A DNA stretch of 64,000 bases from a virus. Location of the stretch: positions 1 through 64,000 of IMG/VR virus record IMGVR_UViG_3300042898_004347. One strand, given 5' to 3'. The notes under the pieces are model-generated. The model was not told where the DNA came from, searched no databases, and was given only the letters and a program-made list of their open reading frames with translations. Position numbers and translations under genes: made by a program. This document shows positions 1-13,095 of this stretch, in pieces (the first letter of the stretch is position 1; each line of letters opens with the position of its first letter).

Positions 1-1709
1 GTAGTGCTGTATATTCTAAATTCTTTTGCATATAACAGTTGTCCATTTCCAGTGGATGGATTTCCACTGCCGTCAGACGAAACCATTTGTAATTCAAAAA
101 TATCTCCTGGTGTTACACTGGAAACTGTTCCAGCAAATCGTCTGTAGGCATGAACTTCAGCAACCTGACCAGTATCTAATCCACTACCGTAATTACCAGA
201 AGAGGCTACTGTTACGCTATTTTGAAGAAGTCTCCATGCCCAGTAATAAGATCCACTTTGAATGTAGCCCGAAAATTTAAATTTGAAACTGCCAGACTTT
301 GAAGCAACAAAGGTCTTCATTGTCTTGTAGTTTGAGTCTGCAGAACTATCAGCTATTGAATATTCTGGCTCATCGGTCCAAGCAATATAAGTTTCTCCTG
401 CACCATAACTAATTGCGCTTCCTGCACTTGTTGAGACGTTGCCTGTCGAAGTGATACGCATCCTTTCGGTTGCAACAGAATCTGCTGTCCCACTTCTTGT
501 GGCAAAATAAAGGTCTTTCGTGTTGTATCCAGAGGCAGAAGTAACCACGGCTCCAATGAGTACAGGGGAATATACTCCGCCTGTTGGCCCAGTCCCAAAT
601 CCAATCTCTGTCACGCGACTGACATTATTACCATCATCGCCTATAAGACGAAGTACTTCGCCTGAACCCACCGTATTAGTTGCAAGATTTTTATTTACTT
701 CAAGTAATTTACCGGGACTCGTCGTCCCAATGCCGACGTTGCCGCTGCTGTCGATAATCATTCGAACTGTTCCAGTAAGAGTCGTTTTATTTGCAGCAGT
801 ATAAAATGTATGAGAAGTAGCTGAATTTAATATCCCAGAACCACCACCATAATTTATTTCATTTGATGTGGTTAAACCTCTAATATCAAATGCCAAAAAA
901 TCAGTATCCGCATTTGTAGATTGCCTGCCAACAATTCTCCCAACTTTATTCGTTGCGTCTGTTGCATTATCAGCCATGCGTAAACTTCCAGATGTAGTTC
1001 CGATTATATCTAGCTTTACAACAGGACTCGTCGTCCCAATACCTACGCTACCACTACTCGAAATAATTAAACGAGCAGTATTGCTTGTCGCTAATACTAA
1101 TGGATACGCACCTGTTGTTGTAATCGCAGCGCTTTCTCCAGCTGGTCCACCTGTTATAAGAGAACCAGAATATGAACTTCCAGAATAGTCAATTTCTAAT
1201 GCGCGATATGCTGAATCTTGATCATTGTAGATTCTAAGACCTGCATAACTACCTGAACTATTTTGTTTGAGAGTGACTGTGGAAGTTGATGCATTAAAAG
1301 TTGCAGACGTAAACGCATTTGTTCCAGTAAAGGTATTGTTTAATCCAAGAATCGATGCACCTGAGATACCCTGAATACCCTGGATACCCTGTGTTCCCTG
1401 AGTACCTTGAGATCCAGTGATACCTTGTGCACCTAGAGTTCCTTGCACTCCTTGGATACCTTGAAGCCCCTGAGTTCCCTGCGTACCTTGGATTCCTTGA
1501 GTGCCCTGAGCACCAGTGATGCCCTGCAATCCCTGAGTGCCTTGCGTTCCCTGTGTACCCTGAGTTCCTTGGACACCTTGTATGCCTTGAAGTCCCTGAA
1601 CACCCGTGATGGTATTATTTTGCCAATGGCTTCCACTCCAGGACCATGTTCTGGAACCTGAGGTGACCTGCTGTCCGACTGTGGGTGATGTTGGAAAATC
1701 AATTGCCAT
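1..1709 (-). CDS. Tail fibre protein, collagen-like N-terminus plus GNVGIGT-repeat distal region (partial, runs off window)
   Basis: Absent from ORF track because no stop lies in the window; ATG at 1709 gives [26 protein letters not shown]..., paralogous to the N-terminus of 7713..9323, then G-X-Q triplets and VGIGTTSP motifs. Confidence 0.85.
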   Translation of the reverse strand, partial: MAIDFPTSPTVGQQVTSGSRTWSWSGSHWQNNTITGVQGLQGIQGVQGTQGTQGTQGTQGLQGITGAQGTQGIQGTQGTQGLQGIQGVQGTLGAQGITGSQGTQGTQGIQGIQGISGASILGLNNTFTGTNAFTSATFNASTSTVTLKQNSSGSYAGLRIYNDQDSAYRALEIDYSGSSYSGSLITGGPAGESAAITTTGAYPLVLATSNTARLIISSSGSVGIGTTSPVVKLDIIGTTSGSLRMADNATDATNKVGRIVGRQSTNADTDFLAFDIRGLTTSNEINYGGGSGILNSATSHTFYTAANKTTLTGTVRMIIDSSGNVGIGTTSPGKLLEVNKNLATNTVGSGEVLRLIGDDGNNVSRVTEIGFGTGPTGGVYSPVLIGAVVTSASGYNTKDLYFATRSGTADSVATERMRITSTGNVSTSAGSAISYGAGETYIAWTDEPEYSIADSSADSNYKTMKTFVASKSGSFKFKFSGYIQSGSYYWAWRLLQNSVTVASSGNYGSGLDTGQVAEVHAYRRFAGTVSSVTPGDIFELQMVSSDGSGNPSTGNGQLLYAKEFRIYST

Positions 1710-1720
1710 AAGGGTATTTA

Positions 1721-4700
1721 TTATTTAGATTCAAGAGCGGCAAGGCGAGCGGTCAGATTGCTGATCAGAGCTTGTTGTTCTTTGATTGCGGCTGTTAAAA
1801 GTGGAACTATATGATCGAACGCCATGCCTAACATTCCATCAGAATCTTCTGTAACCGCCTCTGGTAAAACCGCATTAACATCTTGAGCAAACATAAAAAC
1901 CCGGCGTTTATTAATATCGTCGGTCTTATATTTACCAATGACAGTTCTAAGGGTAGAAACCTTTTCAATTGCATTTTCAATTGGCTCAATGATGTCTTTC
2001 AAGCGTTCATCAGAATAGGTTGTCCAAGCATTATTCCCAGCGGTAAGACGAACACCGACAGCGGTCGAGCTTCCAGAATATACCCGCAACTCTCTTGAAT
2101 TGGAATTTTGACCTATGTAATAGGCTGTCGCATCAAGAAAATGGTAGCCAGTATATCCTGCACCAGTAATGTGAAACTGCGAGGTACTTTCTGTTCTATC
2201 GGTGGCGTCGGTAACATGAAGCCTTCCCGCAGGACTTGCCGTCCCAATGCCGACGTTGCCACCGTTAAAATAAGTTACTCCACTTGCTCTTAATTTTATC
2301 GGTTCTGAATATGTAGGATAAGAACTGTTATATTCGTTAGCAGTAAATGTAACTACCGTTAATTGATCTGCTGAATACCAGCCTCTATTATTATCAGCAA
2401 AAAATGCATTTACTCTTGTTGCACCAGCTGCTGTTTTTTGACCAAACCCCCAAAAGTATCCACTATTATCGCTTATATAACTATCAAATCTAACATATGG
2501 ATAATTATTAGCCATTGGCCCGATTCTTAGATTTGAAGAATTACTTGTGTCTTCGTATTTGAAAGATGCACCTACTACGTGAAAAAGCGCACTAGGACTC
2601 GTCGTCCCAATGCCGACGTTGCCTGTTTTTGAAATCGTCATCCTAACACCCATACTGCCAGCATCTGCGGTGCTAAACGATAGCTTTGTAGATGTATTAG
2701 CATCAATACGTGAGGCAAATATTTCAGCTAGACGAGTTCCCTGATTTCCAAACACCACTCGTCCCAAATCCGCATCAGAAGTACGGTAACCCGCCAACTC
2801 TATCATTCCCATACCCGCTGCACTATTACCTACACTTAGAACTGTGTGGTCAATTCCAATTCCTGTAAAGTTAGGACTCGCCGTCCCAATGCCGACGTTG
2901 CCGTTAGAAATTATACGAACAGCTTCATTAGTTGTGCTGAATGCCAAATAATTTGTTGAGTTGTTAGTAATACCGCTTGCAACAATAGAATTTTTATATG
3001 CGCCTTGCTGTAATACCTGTAATTGATAACCGCCACCTTCGCCGGTAGCAACATTAAATTCAACATTAGCAAACATCTTAACATAATCTGCTTTTGCAGA
3101 TGCTGAATTTAGTCCGCTAAATATAAGTCCAGATAATGCTCCAGCAGAAGCTGTGCTACCTATATCAAGTTTAGCGCTTGGACTTGTCGTACCAATGCCG
3201 ACGTTGCCGCTGCTGTTAATTCGCATACGCTCGGCACTGGCAATTCCAAACACCATATTAGTTCCGCTATTAGTCCAGATGAGAGCATTGCTGATGTTTT
3301 GGAAATAAAGACTGCCGAGACCAGCATTTGCTAATCCACAAGTTGTGCCAGTTGCTGAATTTCCATTTTGATAAAGAATGGAACTTGTATAACTTGGTAC
3401 GCTTGAATAGTCAGAGGCATTTAGATTTATTTGTGAAGCACCAGTAGCAGATGTCCCTGATACAGTAATTGCATTTGTGCTCGTTAGCGATGTGAACGCA
3501 TTTGTATTCGTGAATGTATTTGCTGTACCAAGAATTGATGCACCGCTAATACCTTGAATACCCTGAAGTCCTTGTGCTCCCTGTGTCCCTTGAATTCCTT
3601 GGACACCCTGAATGCCCTGGATACCTTGCACACCTTGAATACCCTGGACACCCGTGATGCCCTGAATACCCTGAATGCCCTGAATACCCTGTGTGGAACT
3701 TGGATCAATATCAACCCATTGTGAGGATGTTCCGTCATAATAATAAATGCGAAGCATACCCACACTTGAATCCCACCAAAGATCACCAGCATTCGGAGAT
3801 GCAGGAGCCGTGTCACTCGTGAGAACATTTGCATTCACACCTGTGATACCCTGAATGCCCTGACGACCCTGAGTTCCCTGTGTACCCTGGACTCCTTGAA
3901 TACCTTGTACACCCTGAGATCCGGTTATACCCTGAATACCTGCACTTCCGGAAAGATCGTCGACAAATGTATAGGAAGATCCGGTCCAAAGATAGAGGCG
4001 CGAGTTCTCCGCGTCTTCCACATTCGTCGTATTAATCAATGCAAATTGACCCGCAACAATTGATGTGGGTGATGTGTCAGCCGTCAATGCGGCAACAGAC
4101 AGATATGTCTTTGCAATGGTAAATGCAAGACCCGTAATACCTTGTAGTCCCTGAGTACCTTGAAGTCCCTGTGCACCCTGCGTGCCTTGAATACCATCAA
4201 ATCCTTGGACTCCTTGAAGGCCCTGAATACCTTGCGTACCCAATGCTCCTTGAATGCCCTGGACTCCTTGCGTGCCTTGAATTCCTTGAATGCCCTGGAT
4301 ACCCTGAACACCTTGGATGCCTTGGATGCCTTGCACTCCCTGAGTACCCTGAATTCCTTGAATACCCTGAATGCCTTGAGGTCCAGTAATACCAGAATTT
4401 GCAGACACCCATTGAGCCGAGGTGCCATCATTATAGTACACCATCAAAATACCAAGATCAGAATTCCACCAAAGATCATTGTCTGAAGGTGACGCGGGTG
4501 CAGTATCCGAAGGAGTAATCTTTGTTCCCTTGAGACCTTGAATACCCTGAGTACCCTGAGTTCCTTGGATGCCCTGTGCACCTTGTGCTCCATTCGAACC
4601 TACAAATCCAGCAAGACCCTGAGTACCTTGTGTACCCTGTGCACCATTCGATCCTACAAATCCCGCAGCGCCTTCTGTGCCTTGTACTCCATTAATGCCT

Positions 4701-7603
4701 TGAACGCCCGCGATGCCCTGAAGACCTTGGATACCCTGTTGACCCTGAGTTCCCTGTGTGCCCGTGATTCCCTGAATGCCCGCGGTACCCGAGAGGTCAT
4801 TCACAAATGTATAAGCGGATCCTGTCCAAAGATATAACCGTGAATTCTCTGGATCGTCTACATTTGCTGTATTGATAAGAGCAAATTGGCCAGCAACGAT
4901 GATTGTCGGAGAAGTGTCCGCAGTCAGTGCCGCAACGGAGGCATAGGTTTTTGCAATTGTAAATGCAAGACCCGTGACACCCTGAGTTCCTTGAACACCC
5001 TGTATTCCTTGGATACCCTGAATACCTTGCTGACCCTGAGTGCCTTGCAATCCTTGAGCGCCTTGCGTTCCTTGCACACCTTGTATTCCTTGAATTCCTT
5101 GAATACCCTGTTCACCCTGTGTGCCTTGTGTTCCCTGAGTTCCCTGGATTCCTTGAACGCCTTGAATGCCTTGTTGGCCCTGTGTGCCTTGCAATCCTTG
5201 TGCGCCTTGAGTCCCTTGAATGCCTTGAACACCCGTGATTCCTTGAATGCCCTGCGTACCCTGCACGCCTTGAATTCCTTGAAGACCCTGCGTGCCCTGA
5301 GTACCCTGCGATCCTGTAATGCCCGCGGTGGCAGATACCCACTGAGAGGTATCGCCATCAAAATAATAAATCATGAGCATACCGCCCACAGAATTCCACC
5401 AAAGATCGTTTAATGATGGAGAGGCTGGAGCCGTATCGGAAATTGTAATTTCAGTTCCTTTGAGACCCTGGATACCCTGTGTACCCTGAGTTCCTTGAAC
5501 ACCCTGTGTACCTTGCGTTCCCTGAAGTCCTTGAATTCCCTGCAGACCTTGAATACCTTGCGCACCCTGAGTTCCTTGCAAGCCCTGTGTTCCTTGTGCA
5601 CCCTGAATGCCCTGCAATCCTTGAATGCCCTGTGTACCCTGAGTTCCTTGCAAGCCCTGGGTTCCTTGTGCACCTTGCGTTCCCTGAACACCTTGTAATC
5701 CTTGGATGCCTTGAATGCCTTGTTGGCCTTGAGTTCCCTGAGTTCCTTGGATACCCTGAATGCCTTGAGTTCCCTGAGTTCCTTGGATACCCTGAATGCC
5801 CTGTGTACCCTGTGTACCTTGTGTTCCCTGAGTTCCTTGGATACCTTGTATTCCTTGAATGCCCTGAATACCCTGTTCACCCTGGGTGCCTTGTGCACCT
5901 TGTGATCCTAGCGTTCCTTGAATACCGGTGAGACCTTGGATACCTTGCGTACCTTGTGCACCTTGTAATCCTTGAGCACCTTGAATACCAGTAAAACCCT
6001 GAATGCCAGTGAGACCTTGAATACCTTGGATACCTTGGAGCCCCTGAGTACCTTGAGCACCTTGAGTACCTTGCCCTCCCGTCCCTCCTACAAATCCAGC
6101 AGTACCCTGAGTGCCTTGAGCACCAGCAGTACCGGATGTCGCACTCACCCACGCAGCGTTTACGCCGTCAGAATAATAGACCATCAACACACCATCAGTC
6201 GAATCAAACCAAAGATCGTCGATTGAAGGTGATGCTGGAGCCGTGTCTGAAGAAATTATTTTTGTTCCCTTGAGACCCTGAATACCTTGTGTTCCTTGAG
6301 CACCTTGTAATCCTTGAGAACCTTGAATACCAGTGATGCCTTGAATACCTTGAATGCCTTGCTCGCCCTGAATGCCTTGCAGACCTTGAGGTCCTTGGAT
6401 ACCTTGGATTCCCTGTGTACCTTGGACACCTTGAATGCCCTGTAGACCCTGAGCGCCTTGAAGACCTTGAATTCCTTGTGTACCTTGCGTTCCCTGAGCT
6501 CCAGTGATACCTTGAATACCGGCTGAGCCTGAAAGATCGTCAACAAAAGTATAGGCGGATCCGGTCCAAATATACAATCTTGAATTCTCTGCATCTTCGA
6601 CATTCGTCGTATTAATGAGAGCAAACTGTCCAGCAATAATTCCTGTTGGAGCCGTGTCTGCATTCAGTGCCGCAACTGAAAGATATGTCTTTGCGATTGT
6701 AAAGGCAAGACCCGTAGTTCCCTGCAGACCTTGTATGCCTTGCGTTCCTTGAATGCCCTGAAGGCCTTGTGCACCTTGAGTTCCTTGAAGGCCCTGTGCA
6801 CCTTGAGTTCCTTGGATACCTTGCACGCCCTGAGTGCCTTGTAATCCTTGTGTTCCCTGAGTGCCTTGGGTTCCTTGAACACCTTGAATTCCTTGTATGC
6901 CTTGGATGCCCTGGATACCCTGTTCACCCTGAGTGCCTTGAGTTCCCTGTGTTCCTTGATTGCCTTGAAAACCCTGAATGCCTTGGATACCTTGTGTACC
7001 CTGCGTGCCTTGAAGTCCTTGGGTTCCCTGCGTGCCTTGAATGCCTTGAATACCCTGCGCGCCACTTGTACCAGAAACTGCCGCAACCCACAATGCAGCA
7101 ACGCCATCATCATAATAAATCATTAACGCTGCATTTTCAGAATCCCACCAAAGATCATTAGCAACAGCGCCAGCTGGAGGAGTATCAGATGTCGTAATCT
7201 TTGTACCTCTGAGACCTTGGATACCTTGTAATCCTTGCGCACCTTGAATACCCTGAATCCCTTGGGTTCCTTGGGTTCCTTGTGTACCCTGAATTCCTTG
7301 GATGCCTTGAATACCCTGTTCGCCCTGAGTGCCTTGTGTTCCTTGTGTTCCCTGCGCGCCTTGCGTACTCTGAGTTCCTTGTACGCCTTGAACTCCCTGC
7401 ACACCTTGAACGCCTTGTAATCCTTGTGTACCCTGAGTGCCTCCACTCTGGTAGTAGAATGTCCCATCCGTATCTGAAACGAGAAAACGCGTGAGTCCCT
7501 GAACACTCTGCAGGCCTTGAACGGCGAGAGTTCCAGTTACGGTTGCGTTACCAGCCACATCAAGGCCGTTTTTGACTTTAAAGTTTTTATCGATAGATGA
7601 CAT
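1721..7603 (-). CDS. Long collagen-like tail fibre with C-terminal intramolecular chaperone (peptidase S74-like) domain
   Basis: 1960 aa; hundreds of G-X-Q triplets, 4 GNVGIGT modules, C-terminal [19 protein letters not shown]...coiled coil. Confidence 0.9.
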   Translation of the reverse strand: MSSIDKNFKVKNGLDVAGNATVTGTLAVQGLQSVQGLTRFLVSDTDGTFYYQSGGTQGTQGLQGVQGVQGVQGVQGTQSTQGAQGTQGTQGTQGEQGIQGIQGIQGTQGTQGTQGIQGIQGAQGLQGIQGLRGTKITTSDTPPAGAVANDLWWDSENAALMIYYDDGVAALWVAAVSGTSGAQGIQGIQGTQGTQGLQGTQGTQGIQGIQGFQGNQGTQGTQGTQGEQGIQGIQGIQGIQGVQGTQGTQGTQGLQGTQGVQGIQGTQGAQGLQGTQGAQGLQGIQGTQGIQGLQGTTGLAFTIAKTYLSVAALNADTAPTGIIAGQFALINTTNVEDAENSRLYIWTGSAYTFVDDLSGSAGIQGITGAQGTQGTQGIQGLQGAQGLQGIQGVQGTQGIQGIQGPQGLQGIQGEQGIQGIQGITGIQGSQGLQGAQGTQGIQGLKGTKIISSDTAPASPSIDDLWFDSTDGVLMVYYSDGVNAAWVSATSGTAGAQGTQGTAGFVGGTGGQGTQGAQGTQGLQGIQGIQGLTGIQGFTGIQGAQGLQGAQGTQGIQGLTGIQGTLGSQGAQGTQGEQGIQGIQGIQGIQGTQGTQGTQGTQGIQGIQGTQGTQGIQGIQGTQGTQGQQGIQGIQGLQGVQGTQGAQGTQGLQGTQGTQGIQGLQGIQGAQGTQGLQGTQGAQGIQGLQGIQGLQGTQGTQGVQGTQGTQGIQGLKGTEITISDTAPASPSLNDLWWNSVGGMLMIYYFDGDTSQWVSATAGITGSQGTQGTQGLQGIQGVQGTQGIQGITGVQGIQGTQGAQGLQGTQGQQGIQGVQGIQGTQGTQGTQGEQGIQGIQGIQGVQGTQGAQGLQGTQGQQGIQGIQGIQGVQGTQGVTGLAFTIAKTYASVAALTADTSPTIIVAGQFALINTANVDDPENSRLYLWTGSAYTFVNDLSGTAGIQGITGTQGTQGQQGIQGLQGIAGVQGINGVQGTEGAAGFVGSNGAQGTQGTQGLAGFVGSNGAQGAQGIQGTQGTQGIQGLKGTKITPSDTAPASPSDNDLWWNSDLGILMVYYNDGTSAQWVSANSGITGPQGIQGIQGIQGTQGVQGIQGIQGVQGIQGIQGIQGTQGVQGIQGALGTQGIQGLQGVQGFDGIQGTQGAQGLQGTQGLQGITGLAFTIAKTYLSVAALTADTSPTSIVAGQFALINTTNVEDAENSRLYLWTGSSYTFVDDLSGSAGIQGITGSQGVQGIQGVQGTQGTQGRQGIQGITGVNANVLTSDTAPASPNAGDLWWDSSVGMLRIYYYDGTSSQWVDIDPSSTQGIQGIQGIQGITGVQGIQGVQGIQGIQGVQGIQGTQGAQGLQGIQGISGASILGTANTFTNTNAFTSLTSTNAITVSGTSATGASQINLNASDYSSVPSYTSSILYQNGNSATGTTCGLANAGLGSLYFQNISNALIWTNSGTNMVFGIASAERMRINSSGNVGIGTTSPSAKLDIGSTASAGALSGLIFSGLNSASAKADYVKMFANVEFNVATGEGGGYQLQVLQQGAYKNSIVASGITNNSTNYLAFSTTNEAVRIISNGNVGIGTASPNFTGIGIDHTVLSVGNSAAGMGMIELAGYRTSDADLGRVVFGNQGTRLAEIFASRIDANTSTKLSFSTADAGSMGVRMTISKTGNVGIGTTSPSALFHVVGASFKYEDTSNSSNLRIGPMANNYPYVRFDSYISDNSGYFWGFGQKTAAGATRVNAFFADNNRGWYSADQLTVVTFTANEYNSSYPTYSEPIKLRASGVTYFNGGNVGIGTASPAGRLHVTDATDRTESTSQFHITGAGYTGYHFLDATAYYIGQNSNSRELRVYSGSSTAVGVRLTAGNNAWTTYSDERLKDIIEPIENAIEKVSTLRTVIGKYKTDDINKRRVFMFAQDVNAVLPEAVTEDSDGMLGMAFDHIVPLLTAAIKEQQALISNLTARLAALESK

Positions 7604-7648
7604 TCTGTTTCCTTATTTCCACAGAAGGTTACTGAGCAGTTATTTTGC

Positions 7649-7656
7649 TATTTATA
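7649..7656 (-). promoter_or_regulatory. T4-type late promoter TATAAATA
   Basis: Exact TATAAATA 46 nt upstream of the 7603 start. Confidence 0.8.
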
Positions 7657-7712
7657 ACATTCTAGGTGATTGTAATTGTATCTCCGTCTTTTACCTGAAT
7701 TTATTACGAGCC

Positions 7713-9323
7713 TTATGGCGACGGCATCAAAGCTTTCAATTCTTTTTTCAGTTGATCCACTTTATCGCTAAGAGCTTTAATAGCTTCTATTAGAACCGGC
7801 GTAAAGCGCGAATAGTCAATTGAATCTGGCTTTCCATTTTTATATCCCACAACGCTTGGTAATACTCGTGCCACATCCTCAGCAATGACTCCATGCTCTC
7901 GAGACTTATAACCGTCTTTTCTATCGTAGATGACTCCATTCAGATTTTTAATTAAATCAATTGCGTCTTCGATCGGAGTAACATTCATCTTGTATGCGAT
8001 GGATGATGTAGCATTAAAGCTACCAGCAGTGACACTACTAAATGTGACAGAATTGTATGTGTTTAAATCTTGATTGGCTCCGGGACCTGGAGAACCGTTT
8101 GTGCCATTCGTACCTGCAGTACCTTGAGCACCAGGCCCGCCATTATTACCATTCGTACCTGCAGTACCTTGAGCACCAGGCCCGCCATTATTACCATTCG
8201 TACCTGCAGTACCTTGAGCACCAGGCCCGCCGTTCGTACCGTTTGTGCCATTACTACCTGCTGTACCTATCGTACCTTGAGCACCGTTTGTGCCATTCGT
8301 GCCATTACTACCATTTGCGCCTGCAGTACCTTGAGCACCGTTTGTGCCATTCGTACCATTTGCGCCTGCAGTACCTTGAGCACCGTTTGTGCCATTCGTG
8401 CCATTACTACCATTTGCGCCTGCAGTACCTTGAGCACCGTTTGTGCCATTCGTACCATTACTACCTGCTGTACCTATTGTACCTTGAGCACCATTCGTAC
8501 CGTTTGTACCATTACTACCTGCTGTACCTATTGTACCTTGAGCGCCCGTCACACTTGTACCAATCGTACCCTGAATGCCCGTGAGGCCTTGAACACCCTG
8601 TATTCCTTGGATACCCTGAAGACCTTGAGTCCCTTGTGCACCTTGAGTTCCGATTGCACCCTGCGTTCCATTGCCTCCTTGAAGTCCCTGTATTCCCTGA
8701 AGGCCTTGAGTTCCTTGAGCACCTTGAGTGCCCTGAATACCAGTGAGACCTTGAATTCCTTGAGTACCTTGTAATCCTTGAGTACCCTGTGCACCTTGTA
8801 ATCCTTGTGCACCTTGAATACCTGTAAGGCCCTGTGAACCAGTGATACCTTGAATACCCGCCGAACCTGAAAGATCGTCAACGAAGGTGTAAGCTGATCC
8901 TGTCCAAATATACAATCGAGAATTTTCAGCATCCTGAACGTCTAGCGTATTAATAAGAGCAAACTGTCCAGCAATAATACTCGTGGGTGATGTATCCGCG
9001 GTAAGTGCAGCAACAGAAACATAAGTTTTTGCAATGGTAAAGGCGAGACCAGTAGTACCTTGAAGACCTTGAATGCCCTGCAGACCTTGAGTTCCCTGTG
9101 CACCTTGAATTCCAAGTAGTCCTTGCAATCCTTGAATACCCTGTGTACCTTGTAATCCTTGAATACCTTGGATGCCTTGCGCACCCTGAATGCCTTGGAT
9201 ACCCTGAACACCCGTTGCGCCGCCATTATAAGCTACCCACGAGGTTCCGTCCCAGATCCATGACGTGCCATTCGCGGAATAAACTTGACCGACTGTTGAG
9301 GGTGTTGGAAAATTGAGTGCCAT
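7713..9323 (-). CDS. Collagen-like fibre protein with C-terminal S74-like chaperone domain
   Basis: G-X-Q and GTN/GSN triplets; [30 protein letters not shown]...GVIAEDV. Confidence 0.85.
   Translation of the reverse strand: MALNFPTPSTVGQVYSANGTSWIWDGTSWVAYNGGATGVQGIQGIQGAQGIQGIQGLQGTQGIQGLQGLLGIQGAQGTQGLQGIQGLQGTTGLAFTIAKTYVSVAALTADTSPTSIIAGQFALINTLDVQDAENSRLYIWTGSAYTFVDDLSGSAGIQGITGSQGLTGIQGAQGLQGAQGTQGLQGTQGIQGLTGIQGTQGAQGTQGLQGIQGLQGGNGTQGAIGTQGAQGTQGLQGIQGIQGVQGLTGIQGTIGTSVTGAQGTIGTAGSNGTNGTNGAQGTIGTAGSNGTNGTNGAQGTAGANGSNGTNGTNGAQGTAGANGTNGTNGAQGTAGANGSNGTNGTNGAQGTIGTAGSNGTNGTNGGPGAQGTAGTNGNNGGPGAQGTAGTNGNNGGPGAQGTAGTNGTNGSPGPGANQDLNTYNSVTFSSVTAGSFNATSSIAYKMNVTPIEDAIDLIKNLNGVIYDRKDGYKSREHGVIAEDVARVLPSVVGYKNGKPDSIDYSRFTPVLIEAIKALSDKVDQLKKELKALMPSP
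8095..8545 (-). repeat. Coding tandem repeats ([18 protein letters not shown] / [15 protein letters not shown])
   Basis: Near-identical 45-63 bp units visible in the DNA. Confidence 0.85.
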
Positions 9324-9355
9324 TGTGACGGAGTTTTAAATAGACCTTATTGGGC

Positions 9356-9363
9356 TATTTATA
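9356..9363 (-). promoter_or_regulatory. T4-type late promoter TATAAATA
   Basis: Exact motif upstream of 9323 start. Confidence 0.8.
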
Positions 9364-9378
9364 TAAACTCCGTTCACA

Positions 9379-10920
9379 TTAAAAGCCCAGATGCTTCGAC
9401 CGAACAAACCCTAGATCATAGGTCGTGGTGGAAAGTGGCTGATTCTCGAATGGTTGTTTTGATGGAGAACAATATCTCCAATTCGGACCCCACTTCGAAG
9501 TCATATAATCGATATTGCGAAGATTTACTCGATTCAATTTATCCTGAAGAATCGGATCACTCTTACCAGTTTGGCTTCCATGCTTGTGATATTCGTTCTT
9601 CTTTCCGGGCCCATGATAGTATTCACTCTGAAGTGACATAATCTTGCGAATCGGACGGTGAATGAATCTGAGGAAGTAATCCGCATCCTCGTTATATGCA
9701 GGATAAAGGTTCTCATCAAAGAGTCCATACGTTTGAATGATGTGATCCCGAATGAGAAAGAGATCCCAGCTGCCAATATTATGGTCTCCCGCAAAGCCAT
9801 GAACAATACCCGCAAGAGGATCACGAGTCGTGGCAAGATACATTTCAGAAAGAAAACCAGAACCAAAGGCAACATCATCATTCACAATGATCCAATAGGG
9901 ACAATTCATATAGGATTTAATCATGAGATTCCAGGAACTCGGAACACCAAGATTTGAAGGCATATGAACAACTTTGATCTTTGAAATATAGGGATGAGGA
10001 GTTGCAGCAATAGCATCCAGTTCAGCATCAATCTCTCCGCGGCCATTGTTATTGATGATGAAAAAATTTGTGACGGGATAATCAACACTCTCGACCAATC
10101 GTTTCACCCAATGCGTGTTTGTCACCACTGCAGTACCGATCATCGGAATCGGATCCGCAACATGATTCATCAACTCATATATCGAGGTCTTTGGACCATT
10201 CTTTTCCCACCATGCCGTCACACTTGCCTCGGATGCTGCATTATGCTCTTTCACTCCATGGAGAAAATTAGATGAAAAGGTATTCTTCTCTGTAAAGATA
10301 GGAAAGGTATAGACATTCGGTTCCGCAGGAAAGTAAATCAGATTCTCAACAATCGGTATTGCCTTACGATCACCCGATAACCAAAGGCGAGTATGGTCTC
10401 CGTTCACATACTCCGCAATAATCCGTTTTGCATAGTCACGCTTCAGCATATATGCCGTCACGGACCAATCCTTGTTATTACGATCACGAAGATTTACATT
10501 TTCAATAGGATCAGGACGAATACGACAGAACTGTATTGCCTCCCAGCCTAATGGAAGCAGAGGTGTCACCTGACTCCAGGTAAAATTCCAATTCTTGCAA
10601 TTCTCAAGGTTCACATCATCCTCGAAAAACATTGCTGTTTCCGAAGTTGAATTATCCAGCCAGTATTTAATCATCTCAATATGACCCACCGCAACAGCAA
10701 TCTCCTGAGACGACATATTGTGAAAATAATCACCGGATATGTTTGGATGGTTCTTGAGATCCCTTCCGCGACCGTCAACACCCTGCCCGCCACCGTGCAT
10801 TCGGACAGTCGTATTTGTGATACCGTAATTCTCGAACTGAGCCTTCATGTATTCATGTCTCTCGACAGAATCGTGAAGCGTCATCCAATAGACTGGAGGA
10901 AAATTCTCAAGCCTGCTCAT
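9379..10920 (-). CDS. Two-domain glycosyltransferase (GT25-like plus GT2-like)
   Basis: N-terminal L.DS.ER, G.DGR, H..MIKYW, FFEDD (GT25 pattern); C-terminal NLGVPSSWN, IVNDD, GLFDENLYPAYNEDADY (GT-A/GT2 pattern). Confidence 0.8.
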   Translation of the reverse strand: MSRLENFPPVYWMTLHDSVERHEYMKAQFENYGITNTTVRMHGGGQGVDGRGRDLKNHPNISGDYFHNMSSQEIAVAVGHIEMIKYWLDNSTSETAMFFEDDVNLENCKNWNFTWSQVTPLLPLGWEAIQFCRIRPDPIENVNLRDRNNKDWSVTAYMLKRDYAKRIIAEYVNGDHTRLWLSGDRKAIPIVENLIYFPAEPNVYTFPIFTEKNTFSSNFLHGVKEHNAASEASVTAWWEKNGPKTSIYELMNHVADPIPMIGTAVVTNTHWVKRLVESVDYPVTNFFIINNNGRGEIDAELDAIAATPHPYISKIKVVHMPSNLGVPSSWNLMIKSYMNCPYWIIVNDDVAFGSGFLSEMYLATTRDPLAGIVHGFAGDHNIGSWDLFLIRDHIIQTYGLFDENLYPAYNEDADYFLRFIHRPIRKIMSLQSEYYHGPGKKNEYHKHGSQTGKSDPILQDKLNRVNLRNIDYMTSKWGPNWRYCSPSKQPFENQPLSTTTYDLGFVRSKHLGF

Positions 10921-12092
10921 AGACCAAGAATATTCGCCTTCATGAACTTAAGGTTATTGATGACGGCACTCTTATGGGTTTCGTCCAATGGATGATTTTG
11001 ATAGAGTTCAATGAACATATTCTTGGAATCTTCACAGAGACCCACCCACCAGCCACTCACGGCCTTTTCAAAGAGCATGCCATAGTAACCAGGATATTCG
11101 ACCCAGGTGCGAAGCGGTCCGCAATTAAAATCGCAAATCTCGAGCGCCATTGCAGCATAGGTGTAACAGTTCACCCAGCTCTCAACTGTGCTTTCGCGTT
11201 CGTGATAACGAGCCAGAAGGAAATAAGCCTCGGGACGTTTTGGCATAATTGAGATGGCACGCTGGAGCAATCCGCGAACCGAAAGACCACGTGTGCCTTG
11301 CTTTTGAAAGCAAAGTGCAGCACGAATGAGGCACTCGTATTGATAGAACGGAATATCACTGCGCTCTGCTGAACGAATGTAATAGGAGATAGCAGAAGCA
11401 GTCTGTCCAATATTGTCGTACCAAAGGGCGAGGACGTAGTTATTGTATTCGTTTGATGGATCACCAACGTAGGCATTCATCATCTCGTTAAAACCAATGT
11501 CATGAGCCCACGCATGAAAGTTGACAAGATTCAACCACTTCTTGCGGTTCTTCTCAAGATTCTCATAGGTGATTTCTTCTTTTACTTCAAGGTATTCAAT
11601 TGGTTCAATTTTATTCTTACGACTAATGATACCGCAACCATGATCCACATCAACGACTGTGACGTCATATTGATAATTCTGTTTGCGGAATTCGACAAGA
11701 GCTTTCCAGCAATCGCCATTCCACATACCTTGTCCCGAGTACGGAATCTCCTGAGCGCGTTGCGTCAACGGATTCATATCATGACACACAATGTAACCAT
11801 CCGGGTTTAAACACTTTGTGGCATTCGTGAGGTCTTTAAGGACCTGATCCGCATGATGAAGGCCATCAATAAAGATGACATCAAAGGTCTCGGTATTCTG
11901 AGCAAAGAATTCATCCGAGGTCATGACCTTACAGAGTTCCGGATTCTTTAATTTCTCAGGAGAAGGATCAACGCCCACACGATTGGCGCAGACAATATTG
12001 TCAAAGTTATGTCCGTTCCAGACACCAATCTCAAGATAGGACTTTGCCTTGCACTTTGAAATTAAGTAATTAATGATTGTGGTGCGGTTCAT
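10917..12092 (-). CDS. Class I SAM-dependent methyltransferase fused to TPR-like domain
   Basis: YLEIGVWNG motif I, FDVIFIDGLH, G.IVCHD; helical C-terminus with PKRPEAYFLLA. Confidence 0.8.
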   Translation of the reverse strand: MNRTTIINYLISKCKAKSYLEIGVWNGHNFDNIVCANRVGVDPSPEKLKNPELCKVMTSDEFFAQNTETFDVIFIDGLHHADQVLKDLTNATKCLNPDGYIVCHDMNPLTQRAQEIPYSGQGMWNGDCWKALVEFRKQNYQYDVTVVDVDHGCGIISRKNKIEPIEYLEVKEEITYENLEKNRKKWLNLVNFHAWAHDIGFNEMMNAYVGDPSNEYNNYVLALWYDNIGQTASAISYYIRSAERSDIPFYQYECLIRAALCFQKQGTRGLSVRGLLQRAISIMPKRPEAYFLLARYHERESTVESWVNCYTYAAMALEICDFNCGPLRTWVEYPGYYGMLFEKAVSGWWVGLCEDSKNMFIELYQNHPLDETHKSAVINNLKFMKANILGL

Positions 12093-13084
12093 TTGCTGTT
12101 CTCCTCAATGAAGTTCATAACTGTAGAAATTGGGCAACGAAGCACATATGCCGCATTGTCCTGGAAACCAAAGGTAATAATCACGTCATCATTTGATTGG
12201 CACATACCAATTGCAAATTCAACCTGTGCATCAAGAAAGAAGAATTCCTTCGAGTGTTTCACAATGTTCCAGTTCTCATCCCACATGACCCAGCGATGAT
12301 GATAGACTGCATCCTTACGACCCACATCCGATTTGAAGAGATCCACCTCATGAGTAATGGCAATATAATGATTACCCATCTTAATTGCCTGAGTACCGCC
12401 GCGAAGATCACGTCGAACACTCGGATGATTCTGTGCGAGCAATACTCGTTCACAGCCTTGAGTTTCTGGAATTGCTTTTACAATCTCTGTGGGACCACAC
12501 CACTTGATGTAATGATAGGGCTGATCAAGGATGGGCATCCAATTCTTTTCGCAATATGCATTCGGATCAATCGGAGTTGGAATACGAAAGCGAGAAATTT
12601 CCTTGACCGATTCAGGAGTTACAACTATCTCAGAGAGTTCCATGCGACCCTGACCATTTGTGGTTGTATCGCGACGAACACCAGTGATATACAGTTTACC
12701 ATCCCAACGAACGATTCGAGCATCTTCAAGACCCACAAACTCCCACTTAGGTTCATAGGTATCACCAAAACTCATATCAATCTGTGTGACACGAGTAAGA
12801 TCAAGATCCGAGGCGTTATTCAGTTCACCATAATAATTCGTGGTGCGAAGATGCTGGTCATTCTCCGGGTGCAGATATGTGAGTGGTCCCCAAGGATGCA
12901 AAAACAGTTTGTTCTCGGAATGATAAAAGGTGTAATTCACGTGGCGAATGACAACTCGCAGAACTCCATCGTCATTCAGAATCGAGGGATTCATAAGTCC
13001 AGTACCCTTCGTGAGGTTTGCTGGCACAATTAACGGTTTGATGGCACCGCCATCCTGCAGGGCTAATTTAACAAAGTTTTTCAT
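12089..13084 (-). CDS. Putative beta-propeller glycoside hydrolase-like protein (GH130/DUF377-like)
   Basis: NPSI, GLEDARI, EKNWMP, LRGGT, VEFAIG, ITFG motifs. Confidence 0.6.
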   Translation of the reverse strand: MKNFVKLALQDGGAIKPLIVPANLTKGTGLMNPSILNDDGVLRVVIRHVNYTFYHSENKLFLHPWGPLTYLHPENDQHLRTTNYYGELNNASDLDLTRVTQIDMSFGDTYEPKWEFVGLEDARIVRWDGKLYITGVRRDTTTNGQGRMELSEIVVTPESVKEISRFRIPTPIDPNAYCEKNWMPILDQPYHYIKWCGPTEIVKAIPETQGCERVLLAQNHPSVRRDLRGGTQAIKMGNHYIAITHEVDLFKSDVGRKDAVYHHRWVMWDENWNIVKHSKEFFFLDAQVEFAIGMCQSNDDVIITFGFQDNAAYVLRCPISTVMNFIEENSK

Positions 13085-13095
13085 AATATGCTTAA

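Noticed and set aside
1433-9316. Many alternative-frame and antisense ORFs in the collagen region
   Set aside because: Shadows of 9-bp G-X-Q periodicity; low-complexity translations fully overlapping real fibre genes
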